Assembly: GCA_963833985.1 (NCBI GenBank)
Contig: CAWIAD010000002.1
Coordinates: 5,408,001 to 5,472,000 of the forward strand
DNA length: 64,000 bases
Direction of reading: 5' to 3'
DNA from: an uncultured Planctomycetaceae bacterium
GTDB taxonomy: Bacteria; Planctomycetota; Planctomycetia; Isosphaerales; Isosphaeraceae
Of this stretch, positions 19,601 through 36,151 are shown piece after piece. Each line of letters opens with the position of its first letter. Within the stretch, counting starts at the first letter, position 1. The notes beneath the pieces were generated by a model. That model had not been told where the DNA came from and did not search any database. It worked only from the letters and a program-made list of their open reading frames with translations. Made by a program: the position numbers and the translations under genes.

Positions 19601-21379
19601 GACCGTGAGCATGCCGCCCTGATACAGCGTCGGGTCCAGGATGTAGTTCGCATTCGCGTAGGCCAGCGAGCCGGGCGCGATGTTGATTGCGTAATTGCCC
19701 ACCGGGCTGGCGGGGCCGGCGACGGTGGTCGTGAAAACGGGCGTGCCCGAGAGCAGCGACTGGTCCAGGAAATCACTCCCCACGAACCCCGTGATCCTGT
19801 ACGTGAACGCCGGGTTCACATCGCCGTAGGTCCGGCTCTGGCTGACCGCCGTGACCGCCAGCTTGGCGGGCGACACGATCAGCGTGGTCGCGACCGAGGT
19901 GCTGGGCTGGAGGTCGTCATTGCCCGTGTAAACCACCACAACCTTGTGTATGCCTGCCGCCAGGTTATTGGGAGTGGTGCCGGTGCTGTTCAGGTTGACC
20001 GGGTTGCCGAAGGCCTGGCCGTCCACATAGACCTGGCAGGTGCCGGATGTGCTCACGTCCTGAGGGACAATGCCGGTCGACACGGTAAAGGTCAGAGTGA
20101 CGGGGCTGCCATAGGTCGTCGTCGTGGTATTGAGCTTGAACGACGTTGCGGTCGAGTATTTGAGACCGAGCAGCACGGCAGCCTGGGCATCCGACGGGTC
20201 GACGGTGGCCAGGTCGAGCCGCGGGTTGCCCAGGGAGGTCAAGTCGCCGTTGAAGTTGCCGACCGCCATTGCCGTGGGATTCGCGCTCGCCACGTAATCG
20301 ACCTGGGTGGCGAAGGTTCCATCACCATTGCCCGGAAGGACACCGATGGCGCCCCGCTTCGGTTCGGTGAACGCGATACTGACCTTGCCATCGCCGTCCA
20401 GGTCCGCAGCCACCACGGCGGACGGGTTATCCTTGAGCGACGTCTTGGTGTCGACCGGGACGTTCTGCTGGATCCCGAAGCTGCCGTCGCCATTACCGAG
20501 CGCAACGGTGACGCTGGCGGTCGCGGAATTGGCCGTGACGAGATCGAGCCGGCCGTCGCCGTTGAAGTCGCCCAGGGCCACACCGACCGGCCTGGAAACG
20601 GTGGAAACCAGGCTGTCCACGACCACGGTGATGGGCACGTCGAGCGTGGGCCGCAAGGTTCCGTCGCCGTTGCCCCGCAGCACGCTCACCGAATTCCCCA
20701 GCGTGTTCGCCGTGACCAGATCCAGCTTGCCGTCGTTGTTCAAATCGCCAATGGCCAGGGCGACGGGGTCCACGCCTGTACCGTAGTCCTGGTGGGGATG
20801 GAACGTTCCATTGCCATGACCTACCAGGACACTGACCGTGTTGTTGCCCGAGTTGGCGGTGATGATGTCGTTCTGGCCGTTGCCCAGGTTGGCCACCGCC
20901 ACGGCCTGCGGCGCCGAACCGGTTCCCGTGCTGTAGGCCACCGGCGCTCCAAAGGTGCCGTTGCCCTGGTTCAGCAGCACCCAGACCTCGTTCTCGGCAG
21001 GATCGGCCGCAATGATGTCCAGGCGGCCCGAGCCATCCACACTGGCCAGCGTGAGCCCGGAGAGGGAACTCGCGAACGGGGCGATGGACTGAAGCGTTCC
21101 GAACGACCCGTCGCCGTTGCCCGGGGCGATGGTGATCCCGCCGGCCGTCGTGGCGGTGACCAGGTCCGCCATGCCGTCGCCCGTCACGTCCCCCACGGCC
21201 ACGGCTGCGTTGCTGGCGCCGGTGTTGGACAGCCAGGGCGAGCCAAAGCTGAGCAGGCAGCGGTCTTCCAGAACGTCCAGCAGAGGCCGGACGCGGAACC
21301 GGCTGCGCGGGGTCCCGCGGGCGCTCTGGCTGTGCTGGAAAGGATACGCTGTCCTCGTTCTGGCGGAACGCCCTGACAT
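16692..21379 (-). CDS. Large surface protein: LEPRxLL-type leader, FG-GAP/VCBS repeats, Ig-like and multiple MBG domains, Pro/Arg tail (frameshift near 19520-19560)
   Basis: LDVLEDRCLLS, repeated GDxNxDGxxDLVTAN..VSVLxGNGDG, repeated SRxYGxxNPxF..ITGF..SPVGxYxI units. Confidence 0.85.
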
Positions 21380-21586
21380 GATGCAACCCCTGCGGCAAGA
21401 AGCCGTCTTCGCTTCCCCGGCGCGCGCTGCGCCCTCGCTTCAAGCCTAGGTCACGTCCTGGCGCTTTGCGCATCGAGCGAGGCCCGAAGGGACTGCCTCG
21501 ACTCAATGGCCTCCCACGGCGAGGAGCGCTTTATTGACCGGGAAGGGGCTGTGGATACGGAATGCCGGCCAGCCGGCTCTCGGGAT

Positions 21587-21829
21587 TCACAGGAGTGAGT
21601 CCTCGCGCCCTCGGCTACCACGGACACGAAGAAGCGTCATCAGCGGGTGGCTGGCAAGCTCGTCGTCCGGAATTGGCCTCTGGAGCAGTTCAAGGACCTG
21701 GGGGAGCGCACTGTCGAGATACATCTCCTCGGCCTCGTCCCAGTCTTTGGCCTTCCCTTCCAGGATGAGGCGAAGAACCGGATCGTCTGTCACTCCGGGC
21801 ACTGGCTCGCTCTCTTGAACGTTCTCCAT
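21587..21829 (-). CDS. Small hypothetical protein
   Basis: 80-aa ORF with natural composition, divergent from uvrA. Confidence 0.55.
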   Translation of the reverse strand: MENVQESEPVPGVTDDPVLRLILEGKAKDWDEAEEMYLDSALPQVLELLQRPIPDDELASHPLMTLLRVRGSRGREDSLL

Positions 21830-22024
21830 GACTCGTCCCCCGGGCGCCGCTAGCAGCGTCTTCCGTCCATTGTACGCAGGTCTGGGCTCCAGCCGAACCA
21901 GTCTCCGCGCGTCCTGGTTACAATGGGTATCTCTCGGTGGACATCCCTCGAAGACAGGCGTATACTATTCCTTCCTGGCACTGAATCGTCGAACCGCGGC
22001 AGAATCGAAAGGGACCTTCCAGGG

Positions 22025-28672
<6,648 letters not shown>

Positions 28673-28918
28673 CAGAAAGCCACCGCCCGGAATGCGTGCC
28701 GTTGCCCGGCCGCCGTGCCCGCAATCCGCTGGCCTTTCCGACCAGTGGCCGCTTGGCGTATCATTCAAGATGTCGGGATACGTGCGGGAAGGACCGGACC
28801 GGGAGAGGGAGATCCTTCTGGAACGGCGAACTCCGACGGCGGCGGGAAGGTTGGCACGGCCGTTCCAGGGCGCTGATTGCGCGGCACGCCGCGGGCCTGA
28901 TGCAGAGGTTAGCTGATC

Positions 28919-29428
28919 ATGACGCGACGCTCCCGAGGCCGTGAAGTCGCACTCCAGGTGCTCTACCAGGTCGAGCAGAACCCTGGGATGCCCGTCGCCG
29001 AGGTGCACCAGTTCATCAATCGCCGGACCCTCGGCGAGCCCAGGCTCGTCGAGTTCACGACTGCGCTGGTGGGCGGTGTGCGCGAGCATCAGCCCAGCAT
29101 CGACGCGATGATCCAGCAGGTCGCCGAGAACTGGCGCATCGACCGCATGGCCGCCATCGATCGCAATATCCTGCGGCTGGGGGCCTACGAGGTGCTCTTC
29201 TGCTCCGAAGTTCCCGCCAAGGTCGCCATCAACGAGGCCCTCGAGCTGGCCAAGCGGTACAGCACCTCGCAATCCAGCCGGTTCGTCAACGGCATCCTCG
29301 ACCGCGTGCTCCAGCTCCACGCCGGGGCCGCCGCCACGGAAGGTTCCGAGCACGCGGCCGCCGACACCCCGCAGACGCCTGAGCAGACGCCCGGCGACAC
29401 CGGGCTCGAAGACGAAGCCCCGCGATGA
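28919..29428 (+). CDS. nusB: Transcription antitermination factor NusB
   Basis: RSRGREVALQVLYQ, DRNILRLG, VAINEALELAKRY, FVNGILD. Confidence 0.95.
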   Translation: MTRRSRGREVALQVLYQVEQNPGMPVAEVHQFINRRTLGEPRLVEFTTALVGGVREHQPSIDAMIQQVAENWRIDRMAAIDRNILRLGAYEVLFCSEVPAKVAINEALELAKRYSTSQSSRFVNGILDRVLQLHAGAAATEGSEHAAADTPQTPEQTPGDTGLEDEAPR

Positions 29429-30298
29429 ACGGCCACTGGCGCGGCTTGCGAACAGTCCCCACGCGCGCAGGCCTGCGCCGAGTTCAGGGTGCGGACCTGC
29501 ACGTGCACACCACGCACTCCGACGGTGCCTGCGCCGGGCGAGGTGGTCCGAGCCGCGGCCGGCGTGGGCCTGGCCGCGCTGTCCATCACCGATCATGACA
29601 CGGTCTCTGCCCTGGCGACGGCCCGGCCGGAGGCCGTGCGGCTGGGTATCGAGCTGGTCAGCGGCGTGGAGCTGACCTGTGGCTTCGAGGGCCGCGAGGT
29701 GCATCTGCTTGGACACTTCGTCCGCGCGCAGGACGAACCGCTGGCGGCCGCACTGCACTGGCTGGCGGAAGGACGCCAGGAGCGAATGCGGTCGATGGCC
29801 CAGGCGCTTCGCCAGCAGGGCCTGGCCGTTGATCTGGACATGCTCAACCGCTGGTTCCCCCGCGCGGTCCTGGGCCGGCGGCACGCCGCCCTGTACCTGG
29901 TCCGCACCGGCCAGGTGGCCAGCGAACGCGCGGCGTTCCTCCAGTTCCTGGCGGATGGACGCCCGGCCGACGTGCCCAAGCCGCGGCTCGATGTGTACGC
30001 CGCGATCAACCTGGTGCGGGCGGCCGGTGGAGTGCCCGGCCTGGCGCATCCGCCGTTCGACCTGCGGCTGACCCAGCTTGATGCCCTGGCGAGAGCGAGG
30101 CTGGGGTCGATCGAGGTCGACGGACCGGGGATCTCGGCCCGTCTCGGCCGCCGCTTTTGTGACTGGGCCGCTCAGCTCGGCCTGGTCCCGATCGCCGGCA
30201 GCGACTTCCATGCTCCCGACCGGTCCGGGCGCTGGGTGGGCTCGATCGCGACGACCACCGTGAACCTGGAACGCCTGCGCCAGGCCTGCCGCGGTTGA
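29425..30298 (+). CDS. PHP-domain phosphoesterase (frameshift near 29530)
   Basis: ADLHVHTTHSDG in an alternate frame, then ITDHDT, GVEL, HLLG, LAHP, GSDFH. Confidence 0.85.
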
Positions 30299-30378
30299 GC
30301 CCTGTAGCGGTACCGGAACCGCGAGTCAACGGGGAAGACGCCCCGGTCGCTGGCCGCTGGCCGGGCCCGCGTGATTCC

Positions 30379-30792
30379 TCAGCGCACTCCGAGGGGGATC
30401 GTGGTCGATTTGCCGTTCAGGTCCACGGTCAGGAGGCCGTCCACCTCTCCCTTGGGAAAGAGGGCCGGGCCTGGCGGCGTGACCAGCCCGTCGCCCTCGC
30501 TCTTGAGCGTCACCTTCTTCTTGCCCACGGTGAGCGTTCCGGAGCTGGGTGCCGGCTCGAGGGGCGAGTTCATGTCCTTGAGGAAGTAGAACGTCGCCTC
30601 GCCGCTGACCGGCTCCTTGCTCGAGCCGGCCGTCTTCTTGACCACCTCCACGAAGCCCTGGTTGCCCGGTATCTTCACCAGGCTTCCTCCGTGCGGAGGA
30701 GGAGCGCCCGGGTTGGAAGTGTCAACGCCCTGGCTGCAACCGGCAACCAGCGCGGCGATGAGGACGCAGGCAGCGCGATGGGATCGGATCAT
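30379..30792 (-). CDS. Putative lipoprotein
   Basis: LVAGC lipobox and PPPHGG motif. Confidence 0.65.
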   Translation of the reverse strand: MIRSHRAACVLIAALVAGCSQGVDTSNPGAPPPHGGSLVKIPGNQGFVEVVKKTAGSSKEPVSGEATFYFLKDMNSPLEPAPSSGTLTVGKKKVTLKSEGDGLVTPPGPALFPKGEVDGLLTVDLNGKSTTIPLGVR

Positions 30793-30917
30793 CAGTGGAG
30801 TCTCTCCGTGTGCGACGCAAAAAAGCAAGCAACGCGGGACGGCCATGAGGAACCTGGCCATTCCCGGGTTGCTTGCTGAGGTTGAGATTGCCAGCCCCGC
30901 GGCCCGGCACGGTTTTC

Positions 30918-32111
30918 TCAGTAAGAGTCGCCGCTGATCACCTCGCCACCGGCGCGGGTGGAGAGCTGCTGGTAGACGCCAAGCTGCGCGGGAGTCGGCG
31001 GCGTGGTCGAGTTGTTCATGTTCAGCAGGTAGCTGCCCGTCTTGGAAGCGGGGGGCACGGCGGACACGGAGATGAACGTCGTGTTATCGGGCAGGGCGTC
31101 GCCGTAGCTGTCGGCATTGGCCAGGTTGAAGGTCCAGCTGCTCACCGAATTCTTGATGAACCGGACCGAGCCGTCGCAGAAGGCAAAGTTGGCCCCGCCG
31201 GGATGGAAGCTGCCGGCAACCGTCGGGAAATAGTAGCTGTCGTTGGTGTTGCCGCCGAAGGAGATGTTGTTGCCATTGCCGATGTTCAGCGGATACATCG
31301 TGGCGAAGAGGCTGTCATACCAGCGGCCCGAGTTCCACGCGTTGTCCGAGACGGCGTAACCGGGATCGAGCTTGTAGAGCAGCCCCTTGCTATGCTCGCC
31401 AAAGAGGAACGTGTTGCTGGTGCCGTCGGTGATGCTGGCGATCCGCACGGAGCTATCGTTGTAGATGGTGCCGTTGAAGTAGCCCAGCACCGAGCTCATC
31501 ATCAGGTGCGAGAAGCCGAAGGTGAACGTCCCCGCATTGCCGGCATAGCTGGTGTAGGCCTGCTGCCAGTTGCCCGGGATGAGCGTGCTGGAGCTGGTGT
31601 AGGGGGAATCAATGCCGCCGGAGGGGATCAGGTTCCAGCTCCAGCCGGGTGTGATCGAGGAGGAGCGGCTGCCGGGAATCGGGATGGTATCGTTCTGGAC
31701 ATCGCTCGGGCAGACGAGCGAGGCGACGCGTACGCCGCAGATGGTCAGGTTATTGACGTCGGCGGACATCAGGTTGAAGTTCACCGATGTGTACATCGGC
31801 GCCTGCTCGAGGTACGGGAGCATGAACACGAAGCAGCTCCAGCTCTCGGGGTAGGTGCCCCAGTGCGGGGGGTTGAATAGCTGGCCGGAGAACGAGCCGC
31901 CCGGGAAACAGCCGTTGGCCGACTCGTAGTTGCTGGCGGCCAGGGCAAGCTGCTTGAGGTTGTTGGTGCACTGCGCGCGGCGGGCCGCCTCACGGGCCGA
32001 CTGCACGGCCGGCAAGAGCAGCGAGATCAGCACGGCGATGATCGCGATCACCACCAGCAGCTCGATCAGCGTGAAACCGCCTGACCGGCGAGTAGAACTT
32101 GAAGTGATCAC
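30918..32111 (-). CDS. DUF1559 prepilin-type protein
   Basis: GFTLIELLVVIAIIAVLISLLLPAVQSAREAARR, CPSD, ITDGTSNT, HPGGANFAFCDGSV. Confidence 0.95.
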   Translation of the reverse strand: MITSSSTRRSGGFTLIELLVVIAIIAVLISLLLPAVQSAREAARRAQCTNNLKQLALAASNYESANGCFPGGSFSGQLFNPPHWGTYPESWSCFVFMLPYLEQAPMYTSVNFNLMSADVNNLTICGVRVASLVCPSDVQNDTIPIPGSRSSSITPGWSWNLIPSGGIDSPYTSSSTLIPGNWQQAYTSYAGNAGTFTFGFSHLMMSSVLGYFNGTIYNDSSVRIASITDGTSNTFLFGEHSKGLLYKLDPGYAVSDNAWNSGRWYDSLFATMYPLNIGNGNNISFGGNTNDSYYFPTVAGSFHPGGANFAFCDGSVRFIKNSVSSWTFNLANADSYGDALPDNTTFISVSAVPPASKTGSYLLNMNNSTTPPTPAQLGVYQQLSTRAGGEVISGDSY

Positions 32112-32595
32112 CAGCGAAAACTCCTTGAAACACGGTGCGTGAGGATGACCGCCTGAGGAATGGCTCGCTCCAGGTACAACACTTGCAGCGAGGCTCACTC
32201 CATCGGCTCCATGGAGCGGTCCAAAACGAGTAAACATATCCGTAAGTTTGCATGGGCCCATCCTCCCTGTATTGTAATCGTGAGGGATTGAGGTTTAGTT
32301 AAGATTTGAAGAAAAAAGCGTAGTTCATTGCACGCAAGGCGATGTGAGGGTTTGGTTGTTACTCAGGGAGATACCAGATATTCACACCCATTGTTTTCAG
32401 GATCGGCTTGCTTGTGAACGATGCTTAACGACCTGGCCGGGCGGCCCGGACCGATGCTCAGGCCGCTCCGGGATTTGAAGTTGGGCAAAGCGGGACCGAA
32501 CCAGAGCGCGGGAGGTTGTTGGCAGATGGCCGATTCGCTAAGGTGGCAGGGAGGGGCCGGCGGCAGGATCTGGCCTTGCCGGAGGTTATGTCAAA

Positions 32596-32826
32596 CCCAA
32601 TACTGTTGAAATAGCGATAAGTTTAGTACAGGCAGAAGTTTGTTCCTCGTTCCCACGCTCCGCGTGGGAATGCCGTCTGCGACGCTCCGCGTCGATTTGG
32701 CCCGTGCCGCTGGGAAATCCATGGGACGCAGAGCGTTCCGACCGGTGTTCCCACGCAGAGCGTGGGAACAAGTCTGTCGCAAAGCTCTTGCCTTCTTCTC
32801 GTAAACGCTATTTCAACGGTATTGGG
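32596..32826. repeat. REPIN/MITE-like element: 21-bp outer inverted repeats enclosing GTTCCCACGC(TCC/AGA)GCGTGGGAA palindromes
   Basis: CCCAATACTGTTGAAATAGCG (32596-32616) versus CGCTATTTCAACGGTATTGGG (32806-32826). Inner palindromes at about 32647-32672 and 32746-32772. Confidence 0.75.
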
Positions 32827-32840
32827 GTTAAACCGCCCGG

Positions 32841-33989
32841 GTGTCTGGGCGGTCGGGGCTGAGCGGGAGGATATGGGTGAGCAAGGTCCCTGATCGGGCG
32901 GCGCTGGTGCTGGCGGCGGCCCTGGCGTTACTGCTCCCATGCTTGAACCTGTTCGGCACGACGGGCCGGGCCCAGGAATCCGCCGGTGCCGGCGGCCGCG
33001 GCACGGCTGCGACGGCGGCCGCGGATGACGGCGGCGAGGCGGCCGACGGTGCCGCCCCCGCCGGCGAAAGCCGGTCCGGCGTGCGGGGCAACAATTCGAT
33101 GTGGGGCTGGGCGGTCCGCGCCTCCGGCCCGATTGGCCTGGTCATCGCCGCGATGTCGTTCTACCTGATTGCCCTGGTGGTCTGGATGGCCCTCCGCTAC
33201 CGCGGCTCCGTCGCCATGCCGGGACCGCTGGTGCGCGAGCTCCACGAGCTGCTGGATCAGAAGAAGTACAGCGATGCCTATCACCGGCTGGCGAACGACG
33301 ACTCCCTGTTCGCTCGGATCTTGATCGCCGGCGTACGCAAGCTGCCGGGAGGTTTGCCACTGGCGCAGCGCGCCATGGAGATGGCCAATGAAAATGCCAC
33401 CATGGAGATGGAGCATCGCACCACCTACCTGGCCACTGTGGGGACGATCGGACCCATGATCGGCCTGGTGGGCACCGTCTACGGCATGATCATGGCCTTC
33501 CGCGTCATCGCCCTGGAGGGCTCATCGCCCCAGGCCAACCAGCTTGCCGCGGGCATCTCCACCGCGCTCTTTGCCACGCTCGAGGGAATTGCCATTTCCA
33601 TCCCCGCGATCTTCTTCTACTCGCTGTTCCGCAACCGGATCGCGCGGCTGTCGCTGGAGGTGGCCATCGGGGCCGAGCCGCTGCTGGAGAAGTTCGCTCC
33701 GGGTGTGCGCCACAGGACGCCGGCGCCACACCGCCCGCGCCGCGGACGCCCACGGTTCCGATGCCCATGCCCATGGGAGGCGCCGCGGCGCACCCCCACC
33801 CGTTCGCCGTCAGTGCGGCCCTGGCGGCCGCGCCGACCGCCGCGAGCCCGCGCTCCGCCCTGCCGCCGGCACCCTCCGATTCGCCCTGATTCGGCCGGTA
33901 CTTTTGACAATCCGTTGCAGGACCAGGGTCAAACTTTCAATTATCGGCAACGGCCCACTCTGCCATTGCCTTTTTCCCCCGTTTCGTGA
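32841..33989 (+). CDS. MotA/TolQ/ExbB proton-channel protein (3' end uncertain)
   Basis: YLATVGTIGPMIGLVGTVYGMI..F and LAAGISTALFATLEG..IP. Confidence 0.88.
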   Translation: MSGRSGLSGRIWVSKVPDRAALVLAAALALLLPCLNLFGTTGRAQESAGAGGRGTAATAAADDGGEAADGAAPAGESRSGVRGNNSMWGWAVRASGPIGLVIAAMSFYLIALVVWMALRYRGSVAMPGPLVRELHELLDQKKYSDAYHRLANDDSLFARILIAGVRKLPGGLPLAQRAMEMANENATMEMEHRTTYLATVGTIGPMIGLVGTVYGMIMAFRVIALEGSSPQANQLAAGISTALFATLEGIAISIPAIFFYSLFRNRIARLSLEVAIGAEPLLEKFAPGVRHRTPAPHRPRRGRPRFRCPCPWEAPRRTPTRSPSVRPWRPRRPPRARAPPCRRHPPIRPDSAGTFDNPLQDQGQTFNYRQRPTLPLPFSPVS

Positions 33990-34298
33990 AAATGCCGCCA
34001 CCTGCACGCAACGCATCTCCTGCGAGACGGAACGACCCACTCGTACAAAACATGGGAAGTTCATGACCAGACCAGACGACGGAAAACCAGGGCGGGCCAT
34101 GTACCTGGTCCGCAAGGCGAGAAGGCGATGACGCCAGGGCCCCGGCCCGCGCGGTTCCGGCCCGAATGCTGGCGGCCGGCAATCACGCGGCGTGGACTCA
34201 GACACCCGGCATGGGCGAAAAGGAATTCGCGCCTGAGTCGGGCAAGCCGCATGGGACTGAGCGCGAAGTGAGACACGGCTGGCAAGGCAAGGAGGCGT

Positions 34299-35860
34299 AT
34301 GCCGATGGCACGCTGGTTCGTTGACCGTCTACCGGAACGAGGGATTCCCTCGGTGAGCCTGCGGAAGTTGCTGCCGAAGGCCCGGTTCGTGGGCTGCCCG
34401 GACTGGGAAGTCTCGGGCTGCACTGACGACCATCGCAGGTTGGATCCCGGGCAGGTCTTCGTCGCCGTCCGCGATGCGTCCTATGATGGCCACGCCTTCG
34501 TGCGCCAGGCCCTCGACCGCGGGGCGGCCGGCGTGGTCGTCGAGCAGCCCTGCCCCGAGGCCGGCCGGCTCCAGGTGGTCGTCGACGACTCTCGGTCCGC
34601 CCATGCCGTGATCTGCCAGGCCCTGGCCGGCGACCCGTCCGAGCGGCTCATGACCCTGGGAGTCACCGGCACCTTCGGCAGGACGGTCACCAGCCTCTTC
34701 GTCCATTCCATCCTGGAAGCCGCCGGCCTGCGGTGCGGCCTGGTCGGTTCCCTCGGCTGGTCCGACGGCAGGACCCGCCGCCCGGCGGGGACCGAGGTCT
34801 TGCGGCCGACGCACGCGTGGCCCGCAGGCGCAGCCGGGCTGGCTTCCATCTTGGCGTTCATGGTGGATCAGAGCTGTGCCGCCGGTGTCCTCGAGGTTTC
34901 CGCCGATGCCCTCGAGGCGCAATGCCTGGAGGGGGTCACCCTCCAGGCAGCCCTGGCGACGGACATCGGCGTTCCGTACGGCTTGCCCGCGAGCGCAACA
35001 CTCGAACGCCGGCGTGCCAAGGCCAGGCTGTTCCGCAAGATCGCACCCGGCGGGGCCGCCGTCGTCAATGCCGATGACCCGCACGCCGAGATCCTCGGTG
35101 GCGTCAACCTCGACGCGCGCCGCGTCACCTTCGGCATGAAGCATCTCAACCAGGTGGACGTCTCGGCCCGGATCCTGCGGGTCGACGCGGCCGGCTCACG
35201 GTTCGTGCTCCACGGTTTCGACCGTGCGGCGACCGTGGACCTGCGGCTCTATGGCCCCAGGCAGGTCGGTCACGCCGTGGCCGCCGCGGCGCTCGCCTGG
35301 GCCCTGGAGATCGACCTGGACGCCGTCGTCACCGGGCTGGAAGGTGTTGGCAACGTGGCCGGCCACCTGGAAGCGGTCGACGAGGGACAGCCATTCGACG
35401 TCCGGATCGACGCGGCCCGGACCGCCACACCGCTCTACCAGGCAATCCAGGCGCTCGCGCGGTGGCGGCCGGGCAGGTTCACTGCGTTCTGAGTGCCGAG
35501 GGGAACCAGGACCGGGCCACTCGCAGGACCCTGGCCGAAGCCGCGGAGCTCGGGGCGGACCGGGTGATCCTTACCCTGGGCAACCCCCGGACCGAGCCAG
35601 CCGCGCAGGTCCTGGACGACGTGCTGGGCGGCTTTCGCCGTCCGGGCAAGGTGCGTGTTGAGCCCGACCGCAGGGCCGCCATCGAGGCTGCTCTGACCGA
35701 CGCCCGCCCGGGGGATGCGGTTCTGATTGCCGGCAAGGGCCGCGACGCCTACCAGATCCTCGCCGACCGTGTCATTCCGTTTGACGACTTCGCCGTCGCC
35801 CGCGCCTTCCTCCAAGCCCAGCAGAGCCGCCCGCTTCGCACCAGCGGTCAGTCGGCGTGA
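34299..35860 (+). CDS. MurE-like Mur ligase with degenerate motifs (frameshift near 35460)
   Basis: DGHAFV..A..RGA, LGVTGTFGRT, LEVS, AVVNADD, DRRAAI..A, LIAGKG, FDD. Confidence 0.8.
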
Positions 35861-36151
35861 TGGAGTTTTCCACGACGATGTCCTCGGTCTGAAGGTGCGA
35901 AAGCAGGTGCGGAAGCGACCGGCGCTCGGTTTCCCCCGACGCGAGGATAACGACGTGCTTCCCCACGATTTCAGGCCCCGAAGCTATTTGTCTGGTAAAA
36001 CTCTCCGAGCCCGAACCCCGAAGCCAAAAAGAAAACCGCCCTGGTTCCTGCGTGATGAGCAAGGAACGGAGCGGTCTCATCGGTACGGAACCCCCTCCAC
36101 TCCCATTTTGGGGTCGAGAGTGGGGGGGCATTCAAGTCAGCACCTGTTGCT

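Noticed and set aside
33890..34298. Riboswitch or ncRNA in long intergenic regions (also 327-502, 32112-32590, 38804-39422)
   Set aside because: I recognised no family motif. An Rfam/Infernal scan would be needed. No tRNA or rRNA was seen in the window.
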